Origin: an uncultured Gemmatimonadales bacterium
Lineage (GTDB): Bacteria; Gemmatimonadota; Gemmatimonadetes; Gemmatimonadales; Gemmatimonadaceae
DNA: 64,000 bases
Assembly: GCA_963850905.1 (NCBI GenBank)
Contig: CAWKMU010000003.1
Span: 2,336,001 to 2,400,000, forward strand
Reading direction: 5' to 3'
The translations under genes were made by a program, and so were the position numbers. Shown piece by piece: positions 1-10,226 of this stretch (the stretch's first letter is position 1; every line of letters starts with the position of its first letter). Under the pieces are notes generated by a model. That model was not told where the DNA came from. It did not search any database and saw only the letters and a program-made list of their open reading frames with translations.

Positions 1-2101
1 TCACGACCGTGTTGGGCAGGTTGAGTTGCAGCGACTGCCAATGGTCGCCACGATCGAACGACACCCACATCCCGGTCACTGTGCCAGCGTAGAGCAGATC
101 GGGATCCGCAGGATCCTCGCGCACCACGCGGACGCCGGCGGTCTGCGGCAACCCAGCCACGATCAGCTGCCAGTGCGCACCGAAATCGCGCGTCCTATAG
201 ATGTATGGGTGGTCGTCCGAGTTGTTCTCGACGGCGGCGTACGCCGTGCCCGCACTGTCGTGCGAGGCCTCGACGATGTTCACTCGCGTCGCACCGGGGC
301 GTTGCGACATGTCAGCCGGAGTCACGTTCGTCCACGTCGCCCCTCCATCGCGCGTCACCTGAATCAATCCGTTGCTCGTGCCCACCCAGATCTCGCCCGC
401 GGCCACCGCCGACGGGGCGAGGGTGGCGATTGAGTGAGTGCGGGGGGAGACGGCGCGGCCGCTGTCGCGAGCGCCTGGCTCGGTCGTGAGGTCTGGGCTC
501 ATCCGGCGCCAATCGCGGGCGCCGTCGTTCGAGACCAGCACGTACTGCGCGCCCATGTAGAGGACGTGCGGGTCTTGTGTCGAGAACGCCAGTGGCGGCG
601 CTGCCCCAAACCGATCCTCCCGGGACGGTGTGTAGAACACTGCGACCTGACCCGTCTCCCGGTCGTACCGTCGCAAGACGTGGTACCATCCCTGTGTGAA
701 CACCCACCGGTCGTCGAGCGGGTCGGTGACGATATATCCGTCCTCGAACCCACCGACCGGGTACCAGTCGTTGTCCCGTATGGCACCGAAGTCGCTCCGA
801 CTCAGGACGCATGCCGTGCCGCTGTCCTGCTGCGCCGCGCACACGCGGTACGGGAAGTGGCTGTCCGTCGACACGTGGTAGAACTGTCCGTTCGGGAGAT
901 TGTACCACGGCGTCCACGTTTCGCCGCCGTCGACGGTGACGGTCGGCCCCTGATCTACCCCCATGAGCATCCGCTTGGGGTTCGTAGGGTCGATCCAGAG
1001 ATCGCGCACATCATCCCCGCCGGGCGATCCCTTGAAGGCGGCGACGGTGTGTCCGCCATCGATAGATCGGTACATCGCCGTGCCCATGAGGTAGATCACG
1101 TCCGGGTTCTTGGGATCGACGTAAATCGGGCCGCCTCCTGCACTGAGGATGTGGGTTGTAGCGACACGCCACGTTGCGCCGCCGTCGTCGGACCGATAGA
1201 GCCCCGTGGCATCCCGGCCTCGGACGTGGGCCTCGGCGTACAGGCGCTGACCCTGCGTCCCCGATGCCACTGCGACGGCAAAGCCCGCTGCGTTGCTCGG
1301 CAGTCCGCGCCCTGGCACGGGCCGCCAGGTCGCGCCGCCGTCAACAGACTTGTATATGCCGGATCCGTGAGCGGACGCCGACTCCGGTCCCGCAGATGTA
1401 GCGAAGAACACCTGCCGCTCGAATGTCGCATACACGACGCGCGGGTCTGCGTAGTCGACGGCGAGTCCGGTGACACCGGTGTTGGCGTCCTTGAAGAGCA
1501 CGCGCGTCCACGTGTGTCCGCCGTCGGCGGTTCGATACACGCCGCGTGCGGGGTAGGCGCCGCCGTCGTATTCGCGGGCACCGATCGCGGCAACCAACAC
1601 CACGTCTGGGCGGTGAGGATCAACCACGATCGACGTGATGTATCGTGTGCTGTCGAGTCCCATCTTGCGCCACGTTTTGCCGGCGTCGACCGATTTGTAC
1701 ACGCCGTTGCCCGGGGTGAAGGACCAGCCCGTCGGATCACCGGTGCCGACATAGACGATGTTGGGATTGGATGGCGCGACGGCCACCGCTCCGATCGACG
1801 CCACATGTTGCTCGTCGAAGATGGGCTTCCAGACCGTGCCGCCATCGGTGCTCTTCCATACGCCCGCTTCCGGCGTGCCGATGTAGTAGACCGTCGGATC
1901 TCCAGGCACGCCGGATACTGAGTAGACGTTGCCCGCGCGGTAGGGGCCAATAGATCGCCAACGCATTCCGGCGAAAACGCTGGAGTCAACCGGTTGCGCG
2001 TCCACGGCCGGTACCAGGACAATCGCGCTCGAGATCACGATGAGTGTGAGGCCCCACGACCGCCCTGCCTCAGAGACAACGTCACGCCACCGTCGGCGCA
2101 T
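1..2101 (-). CDS. Secreted BNR/Asp-box (VPS10/sortilin-like) beta-propeller protein, glycosyl-hydrolase-like; truncated by the window edge
   Basis: Manual translation from ATG 2101: signal peptide, then ...FAGMRWRSIGPYRAGNV...GVWKSTDGGTVW..., repeated S/TxDxGxxW Asp-boxes, ...VSFDRGDHWQSLQLNLP at the edge. Absent from the ORF track because it has no stop in the window. Confidence 0.85.
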   Translation of the reverse strand, partial: MRRRWRDVVSEAGRSWGLTLIVISSAIVLVPAVDAQPVDSSVFAGMRWRSIGPYRAGNVYSVSGVPGDPTVYYIGTPEAGVWKSTDGGTVWKPIFDEQHVASIGAVAVAPSNPNIVYVGTGDPTGWSFTPGNGVYKSVDAGKTWRKMGLDSTRYITSIVVDPHRPDVVLVAAIGAREYDGGAYPARGVYRTADGGHTWTRVLFKDANTGVTGLAVDYADPRVVYATFERQVFFATSAGPESASAHGSGIYKSVDGGATWRPVPGRGLPSNAAGFAVAVASGTQGQRLYAEAHVRGRDATGLYRSDDGGATWRVATTHILSAGGGPIYVDPKNPDVIYLMGTAMYRSIDGGHTVAAFKGSPGGDDVRDLWIDPTNPKRMLMGVDQGPTVTVDGGETWTPWYNLPNGQFYHVSTDSHFPYRVCAAQQDSGTACVLSRSDFGAIRDNDWYPVGGFEDGYIVTDPLDDRWVFTQGWYHVLRRYDRETGQVAVFYTPSREDRFGAAPPLAFSTQDPHVLYMGAQYVLVSNDGARDWRRMSPDLTTEPGARDSGRAVSPRTHSIATLAPSAVAAGEIWVGTSNGLIQVTRDGGATWTNVTPADMSQRPGATRVNIVEASHDSAGTAYAAVENNSDDHPYIYRTRDFGAHWQLIVAGLPQTAGVRVVREDPADPDLLYAGTVTGMWVSFDRGDHWQSLQLNLPNTVV

Positions 2102-2227
2102 AGAAGAAATGCCTCGTGAGAATCGGCGCTCTGTCATGGCGCAGCGCCAAGAGATGTGAGAGACCGGGCGCACCCCGGTGCTATCGTGACTATACGCTAC
2201 CTCACGTCGAGGCGGCGAGCCATGAGG

Positions 2228-2256
2228 TTGACCGGCCCTTGCACGTCAGGTACGAT
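2228..2256 (+). promoter_or_regulatory. Putative sigma70 promoter for the DUF3830 gene
   Basis: TTGACC-17 nt-TACGAT. Confidence 0.5.
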
Positions 2257-2265
2257 GAGCGCCCG

Positions 2266-2313
2266 CGAGGGTCAGCGGTCAGGGACAACTCGAGGGTCAG
2301 CGGTCAGGGACAA
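2266..2313. repeat. Tandem direct repeat, 23 bp x2 (period 25), built from GGTCAG-type units
   Basis: cgagggtcagcggtcagggacaa at 2266 and 2291. Confidence 0.9.
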
Positions 2314-2342
2314 ATGGTAAGCCGGCCGTGCGCACCCTGGCT

Positions 2343-2380
2343 GGCCTTGGACCGGTAGGGGCGACGCATTGCGTCGCCCG
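2343..2380 (+). repeat. GTAG-family REP palindrome
   Basis: ggccttggaccgGTAGgggcgacgcattgcgtcgcccg; near-identical copies at 6132 and 54165. Confidence 0.85.
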
Positions 2381-2444
2381 CTGTTGTCGGTCGGGTTGGG
2401 ATCCGGACAGGCCGGGGCGGATAACTAATGATGGAGGTCAGACG

Positions 2445-2894
2445 GTGGCTGATCTGAGCACGGCGGCATCCAACCGGATGCGGATGACGGTCGGTGACAT
2501 CGTGTTGTGGGGAACGCTGGAGGAGCAACTCGCGCCAGCGACCTGCGCGGCATTTCGTAGGCTGCTCCCGTTGACGGCCACGGTGCTGCACGTCCAATGG
2601 AGTGGCGAGTCCACGTGGGTCCCACTCGGCGACCTCTCACTGGGGATCGGGCCGGAGAATGCGATACACCAGCCGACCCCCGGGCAGATCCTGCTCTATC
2701 CGGGAGGGGTGAGCGAAACCGAAATCCTCATCCCTTACGGTCAGACGGCATTCGCCGCGAAAACCGGTGCGTTGTCGGGCAACCACTTCCTGACAATCGC
2801 TGGCGACCGGAGTGCATTGGCCGAGATCGGCCGCCGTGCACTGTGGGAAGGCGCGCAAAAGGTGACGTTCGCGCTGGAGAATCCGAACGGCTGA
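2445..2894 (+). CDS. DUF3830 family (cyclophilin-like fold) protein
   Basis: HVQWSGE...PENA...PGQILLYPGGVSETEILIPYG...GNHFLTI; GTG start after GGAGG. Confidence 0.8.
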   Translation: MADLSTAASNRMRMTVGDIVLWGTLEEQLAPATCAAFRRLLPLTATVLHVQWSGESTWVPLGDLSLGIGPENAIHQPTPGQILLYPGGVSETEILIPYGQTAFAAKTGALSGNHFLTIAGDRSALAEIGRRALWEGAQKVTFALENPNG

Positions 2895-3193
2895 CGGCCG
2901 GATTCGGACTCGGGATTCGGGGATTTCCTCGCTCCCCGTTGCGGTGGAATTGGTTGCGCCTGTTGACCGCCGACGTTGGTCAAATCGGTCGGCGCTTCAC
3001 GCCACCGCTGATCCCAACCCCTGCTTCTGCATGAGCTTGTCACATCGACGCCATGCCAAGGCCAAACTGACCGACGGGATGCACGTTGTGGCAGTATGTG
3101 ACCTTTCTACTGGCGTTTCGGTCAGGATGTCCGAGAGGCATCAACAACGACTGCCTCGACATTCTATGTGCAGCTCGGCGGCGGAGGGGCGAG

Positions 3194-4696
3194 ATGAGCG
3201 CTCCAACAAAGCGACGGACAACGCGGATAGCGGGAGACGGCGGGCCGGCGGCGCGCGCGCGCGTAAGCGGCGCCGTGCCACTCAGCTCATCGCCCGCATG
3301 GGCGCAGTTGGGCGACGACCTCATCAATAGAACGGATCTGGACCGAGCAGGAGCGGAGCGGGTGCTTCGCGTGGTCGAGAATGCGCTCGGCGGACTCGAG
3401 CGCGAGCTCGAGGTGCGGGCCCAGCAGATCGTCGAGCAACGTCACTTCATTGAACAGGTGGTGGATGCACTCCCCGTCGGCTTGTATGTCGTCGACCGGG
3501 AGTATCGCGTCCAGGCCTGGAACCACACGCGCGAAACTGGCTTGCAAGGCATCGCGCGCGGTGAGGCGTTGGGACGCACGATCTTCGAGATCTTGCACCA
3601 CCAGCCGGCGGAATCGCTGCGCCGAGAGTTCGACCACGTCTTCGCGACCGGCGAGCTCAGTCAATTCGAAACGGAGTCGCGGGCGTCGTCAAAGGGAAGC
3701 GGCCCACCGCGAACCTACCGCATCTCCAAGATCCCGCTGCGTCTGAACGGTGACGAGGTCACGCACGTGATCACGGTGGGTGAAGAGGTCACGTCGTGGA
3801 AGGAAGCCGAGAAGCGGGTGGCGCAGACCGAGAAGCTCGCTGCCATCGGCCAGCTCGCCGCGGGCGTCATGCACGAAATCAACAATCCGTTGGCGACGGT
3901 TGCCGCCTGCGCTGAGAGTATGACGCTGGGTCTCGAGTCGGCGAATGGGATGACTGACGCGTCGGCTGCACCTGCGGCCGGAGGATCCGTCGGACAATAT
4001 CTCGAGTATCTCCGAGTGATCGATGCCGAGGTGCGGCGCTGCAAAGGCATCGCCGATGCGCTGTTGAATTTCAGTCGCACTGGGGCTCGTGAGCGCTCGC
4101 CGGTCGATCTCAATGGCGTGGTGGAGCAGACGCTGTTCCTGCTGAAGCACCACCGTCGGTTTCATCGCAGGGTGGTGCACCTCGAGCTCGAGCGGAACGC
4201 TGCAGCGCTTGTCAGCGGAAACGCGGAGCAACTGGTGCAGGTCTTCATGGCGCTGCTTCACAACGCAGCGGACGCGGTCGACGGACATACTGGCGCTGAT
4301 GGCGGCGAGTCGCACGGCAGTCGCACGCCCGCCGCGCCGCGCAGGCGTGCGACTGATCGCCCGCAGGGCGCGCGACGCGGTGACGGCCGCATCACGGTGC
4401 GGACCCGTTGCAACAATGGCTGCGTCGTCGCCGAAGTCCGCGACGGCGGCATGGGCATTCCACGGTCGCTCCAGTCCAAGATCTTCGAGCCGTTCTTCAC
4501 GACCAAGCCGACGGGTCAGGGCACTGGCCTCGGGCTGTCGGTCTGCTATGGCATCGTCGCCGATCACGGGGGCCGATTGGAAGTCGAGAGTGAGGCAGGG
4601 AGCGGCAGCACATTTCGAATCGTGCTTCCCAGTGCGGATGCGGAACCGATCCGGGGAGCTGGTGGCGCGCAGAACCTCGAGGGGGCCGAGGCATGA
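3194..4696 (+). CDS. PAS-domain sensor histidine kinase (NtrB-like)
   Basis: PAS region, H-box AAGVMHEINNPL, DGGMGI, FEPFFTTK, GTGLGL. Confidence 0.92.
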   Translation: MSAPTKRRTTRIAGDGGPAARARVSGAVPLSSSPAWAQLGDDLINRTDLDRAGAERVLRVVENALGGLERELEVRAQQIVEQRHFIEQVVDALPVGLYVVDREYRVQAWNHTRETGLQGIARGEALGRTIFEILHHQPAESLRREFDHVFATGELSQFETESRASSKGSGPPRTYRISKIPLRLNGDEVTHVITVGEEVTSWKEAEKRVAQTEKLAAIGQLAAGVMHEINNPLATVAACAESMTLGLESANGMTDASAAPAAGGSVGQYLEYLRVIDAEVRRCKGIADALLNFSRTGARERSPVDLNGVVEQTLFLLKHHRRFHRRVVHLELERNAAALVSGNAEQLVQVFMALLHNAADAVDGHTGADGGESHGSRTPAAPRRRATDRPQGARRGDGRITVRTRCNNGCVVAEVRDGGMGIPRSLQSKIFEPFFTTKPTGQGTGLGLSVCYGIVADHGGRLEVESEAGSGSTFRIVLPSADAEPIRGAGGAQNLEGAEA

Positions 4697-6060
4697 AAGA
4701 GCAATTGCGCATCAAGGTATTGATCGCCGAGGACGAGGAGATGCTGGGGAACGTGCTCGAGCAGTTCCTGACCAGCCGGGGTCACGAGGTCACGGTGGTC
4801 CGCGACGGCCGGGCTGCGCTCGAAGCGCTCCGACGCGAGGCGTTCGACGTGGCGCTGCTCGATATCGTCATGCCCGAGCTGGATGGGCTCGAGGTGCTGC
4901 GACAGGTGATCGACGAGCCATCGCCACCGCAGGTGATCATCATCACCGGCAACGGGACGATCGAGACGGCGATTTCGGCGATCCGGCTGGGCGCCTACGA
5001 CTACCTCTCCAAGCCGTACCGGATGGCGGAGATCGATGTGCTCGTGCGCCGCGCCTGGGAGAAGCGCCAACTCGCGCGCCAGAACGCGCTGCTGCAGACG
5101 CATCTCGAGCGGGCCAACGGCGCGCCCGACGTGCTGACCCGCTACGGGCCAATGCAGGCCGTGCTCGCGCTCGTAGAGCGCGTTGCGAAGAGCGACTCCC
5201 CGGTCTTGATCAGCGGTGAGCCAGGGACAGGCAAGGAGATCATCGCCCGTCTGCTGCACCGACTCTCCGGCCGGGCCGAGGCGGGGGGCGGGATGGTCGA
5301 TGTCGACTGCGCCGCACTGGGCGATGCACAGATCGAAAGCGAGCTCTTTGGACATGAAAAGGGCGCGTTCCCGGGCGTCTTGAAACGCAAGACAGGTGCG
5401 CTGGAACTCGCCAGCAGCGGCACGCTGTTTCTCGATGAGGTTGGGGCGCTCGACATCCGCGTGCAAGGCAAACTACTGCGGGCACTCGAGACTGGGAGCT
5501 ACGTGCGGTTGGGGGGCAACCATAAGTTGTCGATCGACACCCGAGTGGTCGCGGCCACCAAAGCCGATCTCGCGGCGGCCGTGGCCGCCCGCTCGTTCCG
5601 CAGTGACCTGTACTATCGAATCAACACGATCAGCATCTCGCTCCCCCCGCTGCGCGAACGCGTGGTCGACATTCCGATGTTGACGGAGCACTTCCTCAAG
5701 CACTTCGGCGGCTCAAATCCGCCGACGCTGACCGCCGACGCCTCCGCCGCGCTCGAGAGCTACACGTGGCCCGGCAACGTCCGCGAGCTGCGCAATGTGA
5801 TCGAGCGAGCCGTACTCTTGGCCTCTGGTGGCGTGATCACACGCAACGATCTGCCGATCATGCCCGGCGGCTCGACGCCTTTCGGCGGCGACAGCGACGG
5901 TCACCAGCTCACACTCTCCGACCTGGAACGCCGTCACATCGAAGCGGTGCTGCTGCGCGCGAATTGGCACCAGGGCCGTGCCGCGACACAGCTGGGGATA
6001 TCGAGCAAGACGCTGTATAGGAAGATCAGGGAATACGGGTTTGTGAGGCCCAGGGGGTGA
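4693..6060 (+). CDS. NtrC-family response regulator (REC-AAA+-HTH)
   Basis: REC domain, GEPGTGKE, ESELFGHEKGAFPGV, FLDEVG, WPGNVRELRN, Fis-type HTH; ATGA overlap with the kinase. Confidence 0.93.
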   Translation: MKEQLRIKVLIAEDEEMLGNVLEQFLTSRGHEVTVVRDGRAALEALRREAFDVALLDIVMPELDGLEVLRQVIDEPSPPQVIIITGNGTIETAISAIRLGAYDYLSKPYRMAEIDVLVRRAWEKRQLARQNALLQTHLERANGAPDVLTRYGPMQAVLALVERVAKSDSPVLISGEPGTGKEIIARLLHRLSGRAEAGGGMVDVDCAALGDAQIESELFGHEKGAFPGVLKRKTGALELASSGTLFLDEVGALDIRVQGKLLRALETGSYVRLGGNHKLSIDTRVVAATKADLAAAVAARSFRSDLYYRINTISISLPPLRERVVDIPMLTEHFLKHFGGSNPPTLTADASAALESYTWPGNVRELRNVIERAVLLASGGVITRNDLPIMPGGSTPFGGDSDGHQLTLSDLERRHIEAVLLRANWHQGRAATQLGISSKTLYRKIREYGFVRPRG

Positions 6061-6214
6061 CGGCGGGCCTGGGGTCTAGGGTTTGGGGTAACTAGGCAAA
6101 ACGCGCGGGCCGATCACTGCGCACGGTGACCGGCCTTGGACCGGTAGGGGCGACGCATTGCGTCGCCCGTCGTTGTGGTCGCGGTTGCGGTTACCCAAAC
6201 CCCAAACCCGCCGT
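6060..6214. repeat. Composite inverted-repeat element with an internal REP, filling a convergent intergenic gap
   Basis: acggcggg..ggggtctagggtttggggtaac / gttacccaaaccccaaacccgccgt arms; REP at 6132-6169. Confidence 0.8.
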
Positions 6215-6883
6215 TCAGGCCTTTACAACGTACCCGACGCCGCGCACGGTGGTGATGAGTTTCTTGTCGTGCCCCGCATCCACCTTCTTGCGCAGATGAT
6301 TGATCACCACATCGACGATGTTGGTGCCGGGGTCGAAGTGATAGCCCCACGCGTACTCCGTGATCAGGGTTCGGCTCATCACTTTGCCAGGGTGGCGCAT
6401 CAGGTACTCGAGGACGGAGTACTCCTTGGGCGTGAGATCAATTAGTTCATCCCCGCGGCGTACCTCGCGGGTGTCCTGCTGCAGGCTCAAATCGCCGATT
6501 CGGAGCAGGGGCGTAGCCAGGGCACGCGGGCGGCGGGACAGCGCTTCGACCCGGGCGAGGAGCTCCTCGAAGGCGAACGGCTTGGTCACGTAGTCGTCGG
6601 CGCCCGCGCGCAGCGTCTGCACTTTGGCATCGACTGCGTCCTGTGCCGTGAGGACCAGCACCGGACGCTCGAAGCCGCGGGCGCGCAGGGTATGGAGTAC
6701 CTGCAGGCCGGGCTTCCCCGGCAATCGCATGTCCAGGATGATCAGATCGTACGCGTCGGAGGCGGCGAGCCGCTCGCCCTCCTCGCCGTCGGCGACGAGA
6801 TCCACGCCCCAGCGCTGTTCTTCGAGGCCGCGCTTGACGAACTGCCCGACCGTCGGATCGTCTTCGATGACGAGGACTTTCAT
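6215..6883 (-). CDS. OmpR/PhoB-family response regulator (CusR/QseB-like)
   Basis: MKVLVIEDD...ILD...GADDYVTKPF...LTPKEY...TVRGVGY. Confidence 0.95.
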   Translation of the reverse strand: MKVLVIEDDPTVGQFVKRGLEEQRWGVDLVADGEEGERLAASDAYDLIILDMRLPGKPGLQVLHTLRARGFERPVLVLTAQDAVDAKVQTLRAGADDYVTKPFAFEELLARVEALSRRPRALATPLLRIGDLSLQQDTREVRRGDELIDLTPKEYSVLEYLMRHPGKVMSRTLITEYAWGYHFDPGTNIVDVVINHLRKKVDAGHDKKLITTVRGVGYVVKA

Positions 6884-6922
6884 GAATGGTCCAAATCTAG
6901 TGGCCCGCACTAGCTTTCCCCT

Positions 6923-8461
6923 ATGGCCAGCATACGCGCTCAGTTAGCGATGGCGTACGCGGTGATCCTCGTGGCAACAGTGGCGGTCGTGGGTGGCTTG
7001 GTCTACGACATCGCGAACGAGAATCATCGAGAAGAAGCTGCGCGAGACCTGGACATGCGGGCACGGGCCAACGTCGATCTCGCGGCCAGCGCGATTTCGG
7101 ATGCCGTAGGTAGCGGGGGGACTCTGTTGACCAAGACAACAGAGGCACGGCGCTCGACGACTGCGGATGTGTACCAGCCAACCATTTACGTCGCGGGCCC
7201 AGAGCTGAGTAGGCTGCTCGACCGTGTGCCCGACTACGTCCTTCTCTTGGATCCGACTGGACACACGTTGTACACGTCTTTCGTCCGGCAAATCAGTTTC
7301 GAGGATGCGCTCGAGTTGGCGCAGGTGGCAATGAAACTCCCGCTGGATTCTGCGCTGCATCCTGTGCAGGTGGCCGGCAAACGATACATGCTGTCACTGA
7401 GCGTGCCGCCGCTCACGCAAACGGGTATCGGCCGCGTCGTCGCGGGCGTGGAGGCGGCACCCGGCGAAGCCGCCTCGCAAGCCGTGCTGACCATTGATCT
7501 CGTGCTCCTGCCCGTAGTCATCGCACTGTCGCTGTGGGCGGCCTACGCCGTGTCTGGCCGCGCATTCCGGCCCATCGACGTCATCATGAATGAAGTCGAA
7601 GCGATCACCGACGGTCGCAGCCTGCATCGACGCCTGGTCGTCGATGGCGCCGGCGATGAAATGCGACGGTTGAGCGAGACATTGAACCAGATGATTGCGC
7701 GGCTCGAGTCATCCTTCAGCGGACTCCGGCGATTCACGGCCGATGCGAGCCACGAGCTCAAGACGCCGCTCACGGTACTGCGTGCGGACGTCGAGCGTGC
7801 ACTCACGACGCCATCACACTCGACCGATCAACTCGTCGCGCTCGAGGAGGCACTGCAGGAGACGCGTCGGATGTCGGACCTGGTGGATTCGCTGCTCACG
7901 CTCGCACGAGCCGATGAAGGTCGGTACGACATGATTCAAGAGCCGGTCGCCCTCGACCCGGTCGTGCACGAAGTCTTCGAGTCTGCACTCATCCTGGGAG
8001 AGGACGCCGATCTCGCCGTGTCGCTGCTGGTCCTGGAGCCGACGACGGTTCTCGGTGATCCCGCGCGCCTGCGGCAGCTCTTCATGAACCTCGTGATGAA
8101 TGCCATCAAGTACACGCCTCGTGGTGGCCGCGTCGAGCTCTCGCTGAGTCATCGGTTGGATGGCGTCACTTTCTCGGTGCGCGATACGGGTATCGGCATC
8201 GCGCCGTCGGACCTGCCGCATATCTTCGAGCGATTCTGGCGGGCCGACCGGGTGCGCTCTCGCTCGTCGGAGCGCGGCGGCTTCGGGCTCGGGTTGGCGA
8301 TCAGCCAGTGGATCGCACAAGCTCATGGTGGATCGATAGTTGCGACGTCACGTCTTGGGCGTGGCAGCATGTTTACCGTCCACCTCCCGACTGCGGCCGC
8401 CGAGGCAAACGCCCACGCCGAGGCCCCGGCGCCAGCGGCCCCGACCGCAGTCCCGATTTAA
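6923..8461 (+). CDS. Membrane HAMP sensor histidine kinase
   Basis: Two TM segments, HAMP, FTADASHELKTPL, NAIKY, DTGIGI, GFGLGL. Confidence 0.93.
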   Translation: MASIRAQLAMAYAVILVATVAVVGGLVYDIANENHREEAARDLDMRARANVDLAASAISDAVGSGGTLLTKTTEARRSTTADVYQPTIYVAGPELSRLLDRVPDYVLLLDPTGHTLYTSFVRQISFEDALELAQVAMKLPLDSALHPVQVAGKRYMLSLSVPPLTQTGIGRVVAGVEAAPGEAASQAVLTIDLVLLPVVIALSLWAAYAVSGRAFRPIDVIMNEVEAITDGRSLHRRLVVDGAGDEMRRLSETLNQMIARLESSFSGLRRFTADASHELKTPLTVLRADVERALTTPSHSTDQLVALEEALQETRRMSDLVDSLLTLARADEGRYDMIQEPVALDPVVHEVFESALILGEDADLAVSLLVLEPTTVLGDPARLRQLFMNLVMNAIKYTPRGGRVELSLSHRLDGVTFSVRDTGIGIAPSDLPHIFERFWRADRVRSRSSERGGFGLGLAISQWIAQAHGGSIVATSRLGRGSMFTVHLPTAAAEANAHAEAPAPAAPTAVPI

Positions 8462-8473
8462 GCAATTCTTAAT
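8457..8473 (+). promoter_or_regulatory. Putative OmpR-family (PmrA/QseB-like) direct-repeat box upstream of tonB
   Basis: TTTAAG-CAATT-CTTAAT, half-sites 11 bp apart, in an AT-rich patch. Confidence 0.4.
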
Positions 8474-8613
8474 CTTCCAGCAATTCCGGGTAAATAACCG
8501 GCCAATAATTTCTCTCTCGACATGACGGCCGAGTTTGCGCGACATGCGTGGGTCGGCCGTCGTGCAGTCGTGCAGGAGTCATTGGCGTAGACTACCTGGA
8601 TTTCGGGAGTGCC

Positions 8614-9303
8614 ATGTTTAACACCCTGTTGGAGTCGAAGGCGTCAAGGCATCGGAGCACCAGCGGGACGGTGTTCAGTGTCATCGCGCACGTGGTAATC
8701 ATCACGGGCGCGGTGTACGCCACTGCCCACGCCGGGATCAAGAACCAGAAGGAGAAGGTCGAGAAGCTCAACTTCGTGCAGGTGAAGAAGGCTCCGGAAC
8801 CGCCCAAGCCGAAGCCGCAGGAGCAGCTCGTTGCACCGCCGCCGCCCAAGGGCTTCCAGACTCTCGCGGCGCCCGTCAACATCCCCGACGTCATTCCGAG
8901 CGTCGACCTCACGAAGAAGGTCACGGACGAGGCCGACTTTTCAGGAAAGGGCGTGCAGGGCGGCAACGCCAACGGCAAGGCGGGTGGCGTTCAGACGGAC
9001 CAGCCGTACTTCGACTTCCAGGTCGAGAAGCAGGCTGCGCCGTATCCAGGCAGCCCCTCGCCGCGCTACCCGGACATGCTGCAGACCGCCGGTATCGCGG
9101 GCGAGGTGATCGCCCAGTTCGTCATCGACACGTCCGGGCACGTCGAGATGAACACCTTCAAGGTGATCAAGTCGGACAATGACCTCTTTACCGAGGCCGT
9201 CAAGGCGGTGCTCCCGAAGAAGCGCTACTACCCGGCCGAGGTCGGAGGGCGCCACGTGAAGGAGCTCGTAGAAGAGCCGTACGTCTTCAACATGAAGAGC
9301 TAG
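8614..9303 (+). CDS. tonB: Energy transducer TonB
   Basis: TM helix with SxxxH (SVIAH), Pro-rich linker, C-terminal PRYP...GEVIAQFVIDTSG. Confidence 0.88.
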   Translation: MFNTLLESKASRHRSTSGTVFSVIAHVVIITGAVYATAHAGIKNQKEKVEKLNFVQVKKAPEPPKPKPQEQLVAPPPPKGFQTLAAPVNIPDVIPSVDLTKKVTDEADFSGKGVQGGNANGKAGGVQTDQPYFDFQVEKQAAPYPGSPSPRYPDMLQTAGIAGEVIAQFVIDTSGHVEMNTFKVIKSDNDLFTEAVKAVLPKKRYYPAEVGGRHVKELVEEPYVFNMKS

Positions 9304-9407
9304 CCCTCAACTCCCATGGGTGGGTCGCTGGGCGTGCGCCAGCGTCCGGCCCGCACGCCATTCTCCGTCCCCCGCACGATTTCCGTCACCGTCAGAGGTT
9401 TCAACAT

Positions 9408-10148
9408 ATGAATGTCTCGCTGACCGATCTCTTCGCCTCGATGGGCTGGTTCGCCAAGGGCATCGTCGCTGTGCTCATGATCATGTCGATCTTCTCGCTG
9501 ACGATCATGATCCAGAAGTGGTGGAACCTGCTGCAGGCGCAGAAGCAGACGCGCAAGTTCGCGCCCGAGTTCTCGCAGTTCCTGGAAGAGGACAATCTCG
9601 GCGAGGCGGTGAAGCTGGCCGAGGGCTACAAGAAGTCGCACGTCGCTCGCGTGCTCGGTGGCGCGCTCGGTGAGATCCGCCCGCTCATTCAGGATGGTTC
9701 GGTCACGGTCGCTGACATCAACTCGGCAGAGCGTGCGGTCGAGCGTGAGATGCTGATGGAGATCGTATTGCTCAAGCGCGGCCTCGGCGTGCTCGCGACG
9801 GTCGGCGCCACTGCGCCGTTCGTCGGACTGCTCGGAACGACGATGGGTATCGTCAACGCCTTCCAAGGCATGGCCGTCTCCGGTTCGGGTGGTATCGGCG
9901 CGATCTCGGCTGGTGTCGCCGAGGCGCTGATCACGACCGCCTTCGGTCTGCTCGTGGCCATTCCGGCGGTGTGGGCGTACAACTATTTCGCGACGAAGAT
10001 CGACAACCTCACGGCCGAGATGACGTATTCCTCGAAGGAGATGATCGACTATCTGATCAAGGGCGTCTCGGGTGAGTTCGGTCGTTCGCGGTTCACGCGC
10101 GAGTTCAACACCGCCGCGACCAGCGGCACCGGTCCGATCTCGCAGTAA
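9408..10148 (+). CDS. exbB: ExbB/TolQ proton channel
   Basis: LATVGATAPFVGLLGT...GVAEALITTAFGLLVAIPA. Confidence 0.92.
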   Translation: MNVSLTDLFASMGWFAKGIVAVLMIMSIFSLTIMIQKWWNLLQAQKQTRKFAPEFSQFLEEDNLGEAVKLAEGYKKSHVARVLGGALGEIRPLIQDGSVTVADINSAERAVEREMLMEIVLLKRGLGVLATVGATAPFVGLLGTTMGIVNAFQGMAVSGSGGIGAISAGVAEALITTAFGLLVAIPAVWAYNYFATKIDNLTAEMTYSSKEMIDYLIKGVSGEFGRSRFTREFNTAATSGTGPISQ

Positions 10149-10226
10149 ACGACGCCACATGCCGGCGAGCGACGTCGTGTGACGATCGCTCGCTGGTATG
10201 TTCACCGCGTGACGAGGTAACCATAG

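Noticed and set aside
26..1921. Long + strand ORFs 26-433 and 434-1921
   Set aside because: They are in-register antisense shadows of the minus-strand Asp-box gene.
3020..3190. sigma54 promoter upstream of the PAS kinase
   Set aside because: TGGCA occurs on both strands but without a correctly spaced TTGC; the gtcacat/atgtgac pair is too weak to call.
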